This document shows, one piece after another, positions 1-12,792 of a stretch of DNA of 64,000 nucleotides. Origin of the DNA: Hydrolagus colliei (Eukaryota); NCBI GenBank assembly GCA_035084275.1, contig CM068748.1:7874001-7938000 (forward strand). The letters are read 5' to 3'. How positions within the stretch are numbered: position 1 is the first letter of the stretch; every line of letters begins with the position of its first letter. A program made the translations under genes and the position numbers. Below the pieces are notes generated by a model, which was not told where the DNA came from, made no database searches, and saw nothing but the letters and a program-made list of their open reading frames with translations.

Positions 1-339
1 TTGGACTTTGCACGTGAAACTGGCGTGGTTTACAGTGAAATTGAGTGTATGTCATATTCATTTGCAGTTATCTCTGTCAGGAAATGGAGAGAACATTTAA
101 AATGTGCTGGCTTCAACACATCCAAAAAGACTGCAGGTTTCATCTGACACATTTTGTTAAAATACTGCTGAGACCTAGTATTTGAATTCTTTTTGGGCAG
201 CACTTGCCAGCAATGTAAATAGTTCTAGATCTGTACTAGTCATTCACATCTGCTAATGGAGACACATTCAATGAAGCAATTGGTGAACATGAGCCAAGCA
301 AGACTCCCCTTTTTTATATTAAAGAAAGATACTTTGTAC

Positions 340-478
340 AGGAACAAGTGCCAAGATTATGTTTTGCCCACATACATACTGTATAGTCAATTCACTTTTC
401 AGTATATTCTGTGAAGCACTGGGACGTCTAGAAGATGTGAAAAGCACTATATCAAATGCAAGGATTATTATTATTATT
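340..478 (+). mobile_element. SINE 3' fragment
   Basis: GTCAATTCACTTTTCAGTATATTCTGTGAAGCA...GCAAGGATTATTATT. Confidence 0.75.
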
Positions 479-2289
479 TCCTGTACCATAATTATATGGC
501 TGAATTGGTCAGCTACTGGTAAGAGGTGAAGATCAAGAACAAAATGGAAACGCTAATGTTGTTTGATTTTATTTATTTTAAAATTTGCACTTTTCTTTCA
601 CGCATCATTTCATTGTATCTTTCCCCTTCAATGAATTTTACGTTACATTGAGATTTTCCTCTTTCCTGTGATCTTTTATACTTTTTAATATAAACATAAA
701 GCACTAATCTCTGAATATGCTTCCATTGCCTATATCAATTTTGAGGTATGCATGACTTTAAAGGGCAGATAGGAGTTGTATAATTACAGCAGTTTTTGAG
801 ATATTTATTCTAGCATAATTCTCAACTTGTATTGCCTGAAATTACAAGCTGTGCTGAATGGGAGGAATCTGGGGTGGTCTTAAGAATCTGCTTCCCTGTT
901 ATATGGTCAATGTCTCCCAGTGTTATTTGCCGCTTAGAGAATTTGTCTGTGGTTTGTACATTGGTAGCTTTATCAGCCAATGATTAAACAAGCCTATCTC
1001 TCAGGTTTGAAACCACAAAAACCTTATCCACAGACATGTTACTGCCAAAAGAGTCAATCAACTGGTACCTTTCAAAAAGCATTACAAACAAGGAAAAGCT
1101 TGTCAGCAGCACAGATGAGCTGGAATTTCTGAACCTAATAGAAATGAAATATGGAATGATGTCAAAACAGCAGTTTTCAACATGCCTCCAATTTATTGTG
1201 CAACAAGGCAACTTGGCATATTCTACACCAAAAAAAGCAATGGAAACAAAGAGCACAATGTCATGTAGATTTTCTTACCTTAACTAAGAAATTGGGTTAA
1301 GTTCAAACCTTAGCAGTTAATGTATCAAAGAAAAAAGCATAAAAAACTGGTACTAGAGAAACCCTTTCGGAAAGTTTGTGTTACAAAACTTATAAGTATA
1401 CTATTGATATACGATAGTCAGTTTAACATTGATTCAGGAAAATAATTTATGGCATAGTTATTTTAGGATTTATTTTTGAAAATGTTGAAATGTTTCACAT
1501 AGTAGTGGATAAAACCAGCAAACTTGTTACTCTTACTCCAAGAAATTAATATGTAAACTTTGATTAAAAGAATCATTCATCGCTGCATCAAACTAATATG
1601 CGGTGAACGATTAATCAACTCCCAGCCCTTGGCCCTACTGGGCCAGCCAAGTGCAAGTCTATATCGAAGCAGGTTTGAAAAAAAAGATGAAGAGAGCCAA
1701 GAGAGAACTAGAAACGACATAACAGCAGACGGAAAACATAACAAAAAAATGTGTCCGATATTATAACAGAGAGAATGCAATTCAAAAAAATAACAGTGAA
1801 TGGGAGATAATAAATGCACTAACTGATTACATCACACGCCTTCCAAAACTTTGACATTTGAAGACAGAGGTTCCAGTTAGAGTGAAGCAGCTGAAAACTA
1901 GTTAAGTCCCCTGATGGAAACCACCAGAAAGACAATGGAGGAGATCTGTGAATAACTTAACTAGCACCCATCTTGAAAGAGTCATCACCGATCTCAATAC
2001 TCTTGGAGTCAATAATCAGAAGCAACTATCCTTTTTTGAAAATAATCAAAAATAAAAGCCAAATTTGGTCTTGTCTGCACGTTTTTGAAGAAGTGAGGAT
2101 TGAAAATCATAACATGTTGCATCTAGACTTCCAAAGACAGAAGATGTCCCACATGAAAGACCTCATAATATACTAACATCAGTGCTGGTCACCATGACAC
2201 AAACAGGGCATCTGGGCCAAGAGACATGCAAAGAGGCTGGTCTTCAGTTTTAGAGGGATGAACACATTGCTGCTCAGCTGGCTCTAGCT

Positions 2290-2460
2290 TCTTGTTCCTT
2301 CCTTGGGCCCTCCACTCCACTTCAGCCACTGTACCCTGAAACTCTCCCTCAATCCCTCCGGCTTGCCCCATCCCTCCCCATCTTCAAATCCTGGCTAAAG
2401 ACCTTACTTTTTTTTATCGTGCTTATGATCACCACCCCCCTCCCTCTTCCTTTAGTTTGG
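2290..2460 (+). mobile_element. Degenerate L2 3' fragment
   Basis: AACTCTCCCTCAATCCCTCCG...CTTCAAATCCTGGCTAAAGACC pattern. Confidence 0.55.
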
Positions 2461-3851
2461 CATCAGATTCTGACGCTATTTGGTATTTTTTAAACTATAA
2501 GTGATATAGTTTCCTTGTGTTGTGCCATGTGGCCTTGTGACCAAAATTCTCCCAAGTGCCAAGTTCTTTATCTCACTTATGCCATCAGGGGGAGCCACTG
2601 AACAGAGGGCAGGCAGGAGAATCCAAGAGCAACTTATCCTGGGATGCGCTGTATGTAACAACCGGCTCTGGAGTGATATTGGCAGAGACCTGAGAGCAAG
2701 CGGTTACTTTACCTGAGAATTAAACAATGTTGTGGTGGGGAAAAGAAAAAAGTAAAAAAGAAAAACGTAGAAGACTCAATTGGAGTTCATATGATTTTCA
2801 GTAGGAAAGGGTTATACAATTGCATATTTTACACTTATGTAACTACAGTACTTTCATCTCAGGAGGACATCCCAAAGTGCTTAAAAATTCTGTCTGGGAA
2901 TCGTAGCTGAGGGGGTTGGAATAATGTTACTGATGTAGCACTATACTACCAATAAAAGCAACTCAAACGTCTAGCCAGATATTCCAGCTCTTCTGAAAAA
3001 AAAGGTAGAAATATGCATTCACCTAAAAGAAGCAGATTAAACATAAACTGGAATAAGAATAAATTTGCAGCATGGTCTCCCAAGTTGATGGCGTCCTAGT
3101 GGCCAGCTTTTGTCAGCTTTTAACGCAGAGCCATTCTGCATGCACTCAAATCATTGCATCACCCTCTTTGTTAGGAGCTATTTTAGGCCTATAATTGATT
3201 TGCATATTCTTTATACAAGAATTTTTGCATTTCAGAAAATTACCATTGAATATCAATTAATGAATATTCATGCTTCTAAAATTATCTATTTTCCCTTTTT
3301 TTCTCCTTATTAGGTTTCCCTTCATCACCCAACATGCCCTGACAGAGCGACTCACGGGCGACTTCTGCCAGTGCTCCTCTTTTTTCTGGCCACTGGGAAG
3401 TATGCCGTAAATTGGTTGACTCACCCATTGATTTCTCTTGTCTCCGTGTGGTGAAGCAACCTTTGTTTTGTGTCTCCTCTAATTGTCAAGACATTTGTTG
3501 TGTAATACAAACCCACATTCCATCATTCAATGGAGCAGTGCATGAAAGCATTACATCATACAGATGTCATTACTCCTTTGTATTTTTGTCCATATTTACT
3601 TTAAGCAGGATTTATTCTCCCCCCCCCACCCCCCCACTCCCATCTCCTTTGCTTCCTGTCTCATTCTCAAGGCACCGATTTATGTTTGGTGCCTTTTTTT
3701 TAAAAAAAACACTCCAACTCTGTCTGCCTGGTCCCAGTCAGTCCTTGTATTCTATTTCTTCATTCTATTTGATCTGGAAAAAACCCCCTAAGATTCTGCT
3801 CCCTCCAGGCTGAGTAACGAACCACAACACCATTATACCAGTATACACCGG

Positions 3852-4241
3852 TATAGCGTCTTTCATGTTGGTAGGAAGTCCCAAGGCGCTGGACAGTCAG
3901 TGTTTCAGACCCAAGGTGGGAGTCGGGATCGTGGAGGGTGAAGGGCACAAAGGGTAACCGAGGGCACCGTCGAAGAGGAGGTCTTGGGGCATGACTTGAA
4001 GGAAGCAAGGGTGGAAGTGAGGCATAGGGAATTCGGAATGGAGTTCCAGAGGGTGGAGGTAGAAAAGTTGAAGGACCAACAGGTCAGGGGATATGGAGCA
4101 CGTCAGAGTCTGCTAAGTGAGGGGTCAGGTCGAAGAGATAGGTGGGAGTAAGTCCCTGGGGAGCCTTGAATGTGAGGATAAGGGTTTTTGAACTCAATCC
4201 TCTGAGGAATGGGGAGCCAGTGAAGTCAGGCGAGGGTAATG
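3852..4241 (-). mobile_element. L2 LINE 3' end (ORF2 C-terminus plus 3'UTR)
   Basis: Minus-strand translation LHWLPIPQRIEFK/TLILTFKA...TYLFDL and ...LWNSIP, typical L2 motifs, with frameshifts. Confidence 0.85.
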
Positions 4242-5359
4242 AAATGTACTGACATTAAAAAGGTTGAAATTACTTTTGTAACATAATTTACCTTATCTGT
4301 TAGATCAGTCTTTCATGCGTTTTTTTTAATATGTAAAGAAACCATAAGTTGAACAAGTAAAACCTCTACCTAATATTGAAACTGAGCTACTGATCTGTGG
4401 TGAGTTAGTTGATATCAGTCATGGCAGAAGTCAAATTGCACTTTTATAGTACCTTATTGTGTTGAAATTTTTGAATACTTCAGAGCTAAATGAATAAAGT
4501 GCAGCAACAGTTATTTGATACCTCTCACACCAATAAGGTGCCGCAAACAGCCATTAAATCATTCTGAAGATGGTGTCCACGACACTAGAAGCACCTTTTT
4601 TTCAGATCCACCTTTTGGAAGAGATGCTAAACCAAGGGCCTGTCACAGGGAGTGTTAAAAATCCAATCCTAGTTTCACTCTTGCCAAAAATCCTCCAGAT
4701 AAAATGGATCATTCACTTGATAGTTATTTGTAGGACATTGCTGTATGCAAACTGGCTGCTATGTTCACCTTCAAAAAATTGTCATTACACTTTGCTGTCA
4801 TATCCTGTGAAGTGCTTTGAGTCATCCACCTGATTATCAACTGTAAAGATTATTTTATTTATAAGGTAAATGGTTAGTCAATGATGAAGTGGGTTTACTC
4901 TGAATTCAAACCAGACTGTATCCACTGACAATAACATAGAACTGGACCTCCATGCAGGTATGTGAGAGTAACCAAAGTGAAAGGAAAAAGTTAAATATAG
5001 TAAAACAGACAATTGAGCTGATTCAGCATTCATTAAAAGATCTGTAGCCATCAATTGAATGAACAAAGATCATTGAATCAAAGATCGACTAGGTTCTGAC
5101 TTAGTACTCAAAGAGAATGCGTATCTGTTTTTGCAGTAAAACTTATACAGTGGACTCCTATTGTACTATTTTGGGAGTCATTGAACATCTATGATTTAAA
5201 AGGACTGTTTTATATGGTTTCAGTGTCAGTGAGAAATCCTTAAACGATCCTTATTGTTGTAAACAATGCATGCTGTATTAGAGAGCTTTGTAGATCAGAG
5301 AGGCAAGTAATAGAGATCTACATGATATAGATGCATTTTATTGTACAACATTAATAATC

Positions 5360-5600
5360 TAATAATCCTTGCATTTGATATAGCGCCAAACAACAAATCA
5401 AGATGTCTCAATGCGCTTCACAGAATATACTAAAGAGGGAATTTACTGTATATTTTGTGGGTGAAACATGGCATCCAATTGCATGTAGCAGTGTCTGAAA
5501 TAATAACAACAATTTGGTCACTCCATTCACAACTGTTTCCCCCAGTTTTTTTTTGAAGGGATTATTACCCCCAGAAAAGTGATCCTCCAACTTACTCCTC
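5360..5600 (-). mobile_element. SINE variant (alternative 5' segment also seen at about 10548-10604 and 43058-43118)
   Basis: Same tail and body; different upstream block GGATTATTACCCCC...AAGTGATCC. Confidence 0.65.
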
Positions 5601-8600
5601 AGTAAACAGAGAGGCATGACATACAGCTTCAAACAGGAGAAGTCAGCATGGAAGAAATTGAGAATAGGGCATCGTACAAATATATACTTGGTTCTAACAA
5701 ACGGAAATTAGAAAGAGAGCTATGTACTGCCTCCACTAACTGGATTACAGATAATTTTTCAAAACAAGTTCAGATTGGTATTGCACAACTTCAGTAGTGT
5801 ATAATTTTGATGTCAACACTCACAGCTCATGCATTCTACATATGTGCCAAAGAAAAGAAAAAGGCCAAGTTAGAAAATTAGACTACAACATTTAAACAAG
5901 ATGCACTGGGAAATGAGGACAAAAAACATATTTAAGTAAAACGGCTCAGAAGAGCCAGCTTTATAGCTAAGTGTGGTTAACCCATCAAAGACCACTTCCT
6001 CCTGCTTTCGGGATAGCAAAGCAATGTATGTTGGCAGTTTGGAAGAAGAGATTTATTTATCTCTGGTAACACTTGAAGCACTAATTAACAAAAAAAAATC
6101 ATTTGGATTTCAACATTTCAAAGTTGCTGGTGTTGAGCAGATTTGATCAGTTCTTGTTTGTTGGAGCACAACAATCTCCAACTTCCTGTCAGGATCACAC
6201 AGTGAGGTATTGATAGTGGCCAGAATGAAGTCCACAGTGTGCCCAGATTACCATGTTCTGGTGAGGGAAATGTAGTGGTGGAAAGCCACATATAGATTTC
6301 TGAGCCATAAAAGCCAGCCGGTTACAAAGGAGTTATTGTCTTTTGTACACGGCATGCAGCTGTATAAATAATACAACATACACCTAATATAAACTGGCTG
6401 TACCCTTACCCCTTCACCCTCCTACCTCCCTGCTATTTTCAATCCAAGTTCTGATCCATTGGCTGGGAAACTTCACAATTTTAACAGTATGGAAGTGTCA
6501 ATTAATATCAATATCATATGGTCAACTCCCTTAGTATCTCTTACCTACCTCCCACCATGAGTGTCTAGCTTTCATTGGTTTGAAAGTTTGATGAAATCAT
6601 GATTTAACTACAGTACTTACTATAGACTATCTGCAGGGCAGGTCTCACTTACAATAGATGGCAGAGTGCCACACCAGCATTTCTGCTCATCGTTTGCCTC
6701 CATGGGTATTGGCTGTCAGATCTAGCTAAGTGACTCCATTCCAGTATATACACTGAGTATTCAGCATCACTTTATGCATCACAACAAAATAACAACATGA
6801 AGGATCCTTTAACAGTGGTTTTGGAAATCGAGTCGATCAGCATTTTAAATAAATACTTGAGAAAATATATCTAAGATATAGGAAAAGAAGATCTTAAATG
6901 AGATTCATGAAACTGAGACTATCACAGATACCATGGGTTGAATGGTCATTGTCTGTGTTGTAAACTTTTTGTGTTCCATGATTAGTGACCTGAGGAATTT
7001 CTCACTACAACTTTAAACAAAACTCTTTTAAAAAATATAATAAACAAAAATGATGCTTTCAACGTGCAGCAATTTATTTAAAAGGAGTATCGATTCCAAA
7101 ATACACTTTTTAACCACTTAAGCATTAGCAGCTCCAGGAAATTGTAGTCTCTCTGGACTGAGCCTTTTTCTCAGATTTCAGCTTGTGCACTAAGACACTA
7201 AAACAAATCCTAATGCAGTATCGAAGCAACAACAACTATTCAGATAACAGGAACAGCTTTTTTTTCCTGTAACCTTACACTAACAGAAACACTTGGATAT
7301 AAGTTTTAAAACAATCCATTTCTGCTCTTCCAATTATTTCCTGTTCTTTTTTTTTGTAATGTAGTATTTAACTATTTTAACTTTAACATACAAATTATGT
7401 AGGTAGGCCAACATAAATAATTCATCAGTGATGCAGTAGAATAGATATTCCCAAACAAGTTATCTGTTGGTTGTATACCTATGTGGTGAATACAAATAAA
7501 AACTATTGAAGGAATTGAAATAAATTATTTTGTTTGCTAGAAAATAATGTTCACTTGCACAGAACAAAGATTTTTTTTACCTCATTCATCTTGGACACTT
7601 GTTCAATTTCTGTGTAGATCCCGGATGTATTTTGAGATGGTGACTCATTTTTGTTAGGATACCTGAGCTTATCAAATTACTTCTTCTGAGATGTATTTTG
7701 AAAGACTTCAATTAGTAAACAGTAAAGCTCATTCCAATGCGCTCACTTTCTAACTCCAAGCCAAGTATGGAAACCAAATTGTAGATAATACAGACTGGAA
7801 AAAAACATCTGCTAGAATTTACTAATATTTAGGGATGTGAGTGCAAAAGTTCAAATTGGATTCCAATCCAAATTACAACATGCTGTACATATCCTTTGCT
7901 GCACAATGTAGTACAACTGCCTGTCTTTCTGAAAATGGAAATTTGGACGGTAGTTCAATAGTTTTTAAATAATTGCTTCCATATGTAGACCCATACATAG
8001 TCGACTTCTTTTGTTCCTGCACACAGTCTTGATTATAACATATTTACTACATTTAACTGAAAGCAAATGGATTAGATAGCAAAAGATAGCATTGACATGA
8101 TTTAATTTCCAAAAATTGAGGGTGTGATAAAGTTACACTAATACTATTCCAAGGTTCAATTCGTTGAAGAAAAAGATCCTAAATGTGGCATTAAGATGCA
8201 TGTTACAAAATCTGATTACAAAACAGAAAAGTGCTGCAGAAAACTGATTTCTCTGCTACAAGATGAATTGCAATAGCGTATTGAAGTATTGATGTGTAGG
8301 CCGTAATTAAAATCCCTACAATTTGATACCCATAACCTGCTTAAATGCTTATTTATGTGATTCTGAATGTAAATAGGACAGTTTGAACATAGTCTTGAGC
8401 ACATTCATCTTATCACAACCACTTTGCTTGCTTGGTAGAGCAACCTGCAATCGGTTAAAAAAAAATCAATTAAACTTGTTCCCCAAACTGTAAAGTTTGT
8501 GGAATATATAGTACTGTATATACATTGATATTTTGATAAGAAAACAGCTGATTAATTCATCTATACTTACTATTCAACTGTACAACAATCTGAAAATTTC

Positions 8601-8839
8601 TGGAATTCGAACATTTACATTTGTCTACAGAACCAAAATCTGCAGTGAAAAGAGATGAAACTATTTTCACACTTACCAACATTGAGTATTAGAATATATC
8701 TGAAAGTAATTGGCAGAGGTGGAGAAAAACGGTCCAGGTTAGTGACCGGATGTAGGGTAGGACAACATCTGTGGGGAAGGTGCACCAGTTCGATGAGTCT
8801 GAGAGATACGCCAAGGAAGTTGAGAAGGTCATAGTTGCA

Positions 8840-8860
8840 GTGTGTGTGTGTGTGTGTGTG
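8840..8860. repeat. (TG)n microsatellite
   Basis: Read directly. Confidence 0.9.
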
Positions 8861-9687
8861 AGGGTGATTAAGAGAGAACGTAATTGATTGATTGACAGAG
8901 GAAGAAGGAGAGAGAGCATGAAGGAGAGGGGTAAGAGAAAATCAGTGAGGGAGAAAGAGAAAAGATAGCATTTCATGGGTCGCTATCAGGACAGACAATC
9001 AGAGACTCCTTTGGTCGGCATTTTGCCCCCATACAGCTTGGATCCCCATTCCTGGATTCCCTCCACCTCCCTCCCCTCTATTAAAAAAAAACACGTCAAG
9101 ACTGCACTCTTTGAACACAAAATTGGTTATCTTTTCCCCTCCTCTTTGCTCTCGGCTCTCCCTCCCAGCTCGGGTGCCAGCAGGGCAACAGCTTGGAGAC
9201 GTCCTCCCTATGTGAAAAAAGCACTGTGTATACATTATACAATACTATGTTTCTGGAAAAGATACACAAAAAGAAGCAGACCAAGTGCATTTCTCAAACT
9301 GGGCATCAGAAAGGTTTGACCATCATGGTTAACAATCCAGTTGGGGTGCGCTAATTATTGCACCTGATGTCCTTTATATGAGACTTTAAACCAAGGGTTC
9401 TTTCAACCTCAAAAAGTTTTAAAATAATCCTTGCATCTGATGTAGCTCCTTTCACTTCAGGAAGTCGTCTCAAAGTACTTTATAAGATTTTACTGTAAAA
9501 TGTCCCTTGTAAATAAAGTACTTTTTTTTTTACAAGGGGTAGTAGTGATTGTGTACTTCGTAGGTGAACAAAGCAGCCAATTTGCCACACAGCCATGAAG
9601 TGAATGAGTCTTTTCGACTTTTACATACATTACAAACGTAGACTAAAACTGATAAGGTGCTGCCATGATTTGACAGTGACCAGAGCA

Positions 9688-9955
9688 ATAATAATAATAA
9701 TCCTTGCATTTGATATAGCGCCTTATCACGTCTTCTAGCCATCTCAAAGCGTTTCACAGATAGCACTATAAAGTGAATTGACTATATATTTGTGGGCGAA
9801 ACACAGCAGCTAGCTGCAGTGATCCACAAACAGTCGTGAATTCAAAAATGACCAATTTATTACTGGGTTTTTTGAGGGATTATTATCAGGCATGTGGAGT
9901 AAGGAAACTTGCCCAATGTATCATGCTGCCTGGAATCGAACACAGGTCTCTCGCT
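9688..9955 (-). mobile_element. tRNA-derived SINE (5'-truncated)
   Basis: Reverse complement of the same family with (ATT)n tail. Confidence 0.8.
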
Positions 9956-10230
9956 GCTAAGCAGTAGGCTGTTAAGAAGCAAAAACTACTATAACTTAAC
10001 AGTAACCAAGGACATAGTTATTAATAAGCAAAACACAGCCATCCCGCATCAACATTTACAGGTCAAGTGCTGAAAATTTTGCAGTTTTGTCATTATACTT
10101 CAGACATTACTCGCTATTCACAAGCAGCAACAGGGACATCATCTTTTGGAACATCTGCTATTTCGTCAAAGAGAGAATGTGTTCCTTATGCTTCACAAAT
10201 AATCAAAACAAAGCAATGGAGTACACATTC

Positions 10231-10376
10231 CTTCATCAGAACCCACTTGAGTTCTGACAAAGGGTCGTGTACCCGAAATGTTGACTCACTTTTCCTTTCT
10301 CTACAGATGCTGCCTGACCTGCTGAGTGATTTCTGTTGTTTCAGATTTTCAGCATCTGCAGTATTTTGCATTTTTG
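10231..10376 (+). mobile_element. Short Penelope/retrozyme-like repeat with a decayed minimal hammerhead motif
   Basis: TGAGTT-CTGACAA-AGGGTCGTGTACCC-GAAA-TGTT-GACTCA, then the GATGCTGCCTGACCTGCTGAGT tail. Confidence 0.7.
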
Positions 10377-10750
10377 TTCAGTGAAATACACTGCCGGGTT
10401 TCAAATAAAATAGTCAGTATTCTAGCCATGTAGGGACGTAATGGAATCCTAAAAAATTCTCCTAGATCTCTGTCCTCCACCTGCATGGCAGCCAATTGAG
10501 CACAGTATCCCGCAAACAGTCCAGTCATGGATTGAGTGATAAATGGAGGGATTATACCCCCGTAAAGTGATCCACCAATCTACTAACAACTGGGTTCCTA
10601 CTTACTGAAATACCAATTCAATGACACGCCACCACACTGGGAGCAAGTATGTGACTGTGCAGATTTCCCCAAGGCTGATAATGATGCTTTCTAGTGAGGA
10701 GCAGGAATTCTGGCTGATTTTCTCTCTCTTTCTCAGTGACAATGAGGGCT

Positions 10751-11040
10751 GGTGTAGAGTCCTGTAGCTCAATGGTTAGAGCACTCTCCTTACAAGCGAG
10801 TGAAATGGGTTCAATTCCAGGGGCAAGTTTCCTTACTTCACATGCCTGATAATTATCCCTAAAAAAAAATGGTCATTTCAATCCATGACTGTTTGTGGAA
10901 TACTGCTGTGCTCAATTGGCTGCAACATTTCACTCATATATACAGTTAATTCACTTTACAGTATATTCTGTGAAGCGCTTTGATATATATAGAAGACGCT
11001 AAAAGCGCTATATCAAACGCAAGGATTGTTAATTACTATT
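10751..11040 (+). mobile_element. tRNA-derived SINE
   Basis: TAGCTCAATGG / GGTTCAATTCC boxes, shared body and tail. Confidence 0.85.
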
Positions 11041-11674
11041 ATATTGTTCTGTTCTTGCTAAAATAACTCAACACAATACAGCAATTGAACCTGGAACTTT
11101 CAGAATTTTTGTGATTTAGGATTGCACCCCACAATGCATTTACCTCTGAAACTATAGGGTAAGTTGTGGATTTTTCAAGTTTTTAATATTGTGACTACAG
11201 ACATACATAAAAAAAAGGAGATTGGAATGTTTACCCATGTATAGAGATTATAAACTGCATTATTCTACATTAAATGATGGGAGTTGTTATGCAGGATATT
11301 GAGTGTTATTCTGCTCTGCTCCAGCTAGAGAATTGATTAGTGGGGGGAAGCACAAATTTGCTCCATTAAATTACAAAATGGTGCCCTTGCCTCAAATCAT
11401 GATAATGGAATCTTAACTTAGAAATAACATTGAGTTATGAATGTAAAATTGAATTACATATAAAATCGTATTACTATTAATTCTAAAACAATGGCCATCA
11501 CCTGTATATTTTATCACAGGGACAAATTTGCAAAACTTATCGAATGAAGCAAAATAGCAATTAGCTAAACTTGAACAAGTGGAACAGTATAATCCTGTGT
11601 TAAATCAAGAGTTACTAAATACATATATTATTTTTATAATTGTTTCCCCTTTCTAATTGTTTCCTTATTATCTT

Positions 11675-11805
11675 ACAGAAGTTGCTGGGGAAACTCAGGT
11701 CAGGCAGCATCCATGGAGAAAGGAAAAAGAGTCAACGTTTCGGGTCTACAACCCCTCGTTCTAATGAAGTTTCAGATTCCCAGCATCTTTAGTATTTTGT
11801 GTTTT
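11675..11805. mobile_element. Same hammerhead-bearing repeat, inverted and internally deleted copy
   Basis: Minus strand GGGTTGTAGACCCGAAACGTTGACTC plus tail; plus-strand tail at 11770-11805. Confidence 0.65.
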
Positions 11806-12715
11806 CCTTATGTACCCCAATCTTATATTGGGGTACATTGAATAGATTTTGATTGCCCTGCAGTATTCTGTCCAAGTGGTTATTATTTTATGGATGAACC
11901 TTGAGTGAGTGTCAGCAAAGCACTCAAAAGGACGGCAACAGCAGACTGCAATATGCATACCTGACTGTAATTTGTGTAAACTTTATTTTTATTGAACTAT
12001 GATAAGCTCCAAAACATGTCTTACACATTAAAGCCATTTATTTTCACAAAGTAAAACTTTGGCTCACGTTCTCCTAAGCAGTAACAGGCTTATGGAAGAA
12101 GCTTGCGGCACTTAGGTGCACTGTAGGTGTGTTGTACAGTGGTAAAGATTAGATGTGAGGGCCAATTCTGTTCATCAGTTCACCAAGCATCTAATGCGAC
12201 ATGGCTTATATATTTATCTGTTATGGGGATAATTAATGAATCAACTAGAATAAACTATATTTAAAAAGAGAACATCACTTGGAGAGGGTCTAATGGTTTT
12301 AGGCATCATATTTACCATGGTCTAACTGTAACTCTCTGAAAGATTTGAAACCAGAAGCAGGCAGAAAGGCTAACAATGACTCATCACAACCGTAATAGAA
12401 TTGATTAAGGCAGTGTTCCTGAGGGTTGGCTGTTGTAATCTGTTAATGAATAGATCTGCCAAAAAAAATGCAAACACAATCTACAACAAATATTGGTATG
12501 CATTAGACTTTACTAAAGTAAAAGAAGTGTGTTAGGATACAAACTAGTATTGGATAAAGTACTGTAATACTTTTTTCTTTCAGAGGCACATAGCTATTAC
12601 AAAAAGGCTTAGTTATTTCCGTATCTGATGACAGTTTTCAGTAATTTAGGCTCCCCCCACCCCCACTACTGAATGATGATAAAACTCATAGGCCTTTACT
12701 TCCTTAATTTCTCCT

Positions 12716-12792
12716 CTTGAAAATTGGTACATCTGCTGTCTGTCAATCTTCTGGAACAATTTCTAAATCTGTTGACCTTTGGAAAATAATTA
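12716..12792 (-). mobile_element. Old CR1 ORF2 remnant
   Basis: IIFQRSTDLEIVPED*QTADVPIFK resembles the CR1 'VPEDW..ANV.PIFKKG' motif. Confidence 0.5.

Noticed and set aside
7050-8700. Repeat-poor AT-rich stretch ending in a minus-strand AATAAA (7073-7078), resembling a 3'UTR
   Set aside because: No exon or ORF linked to it; a single hexamer in AT-rich DNA is uninformative
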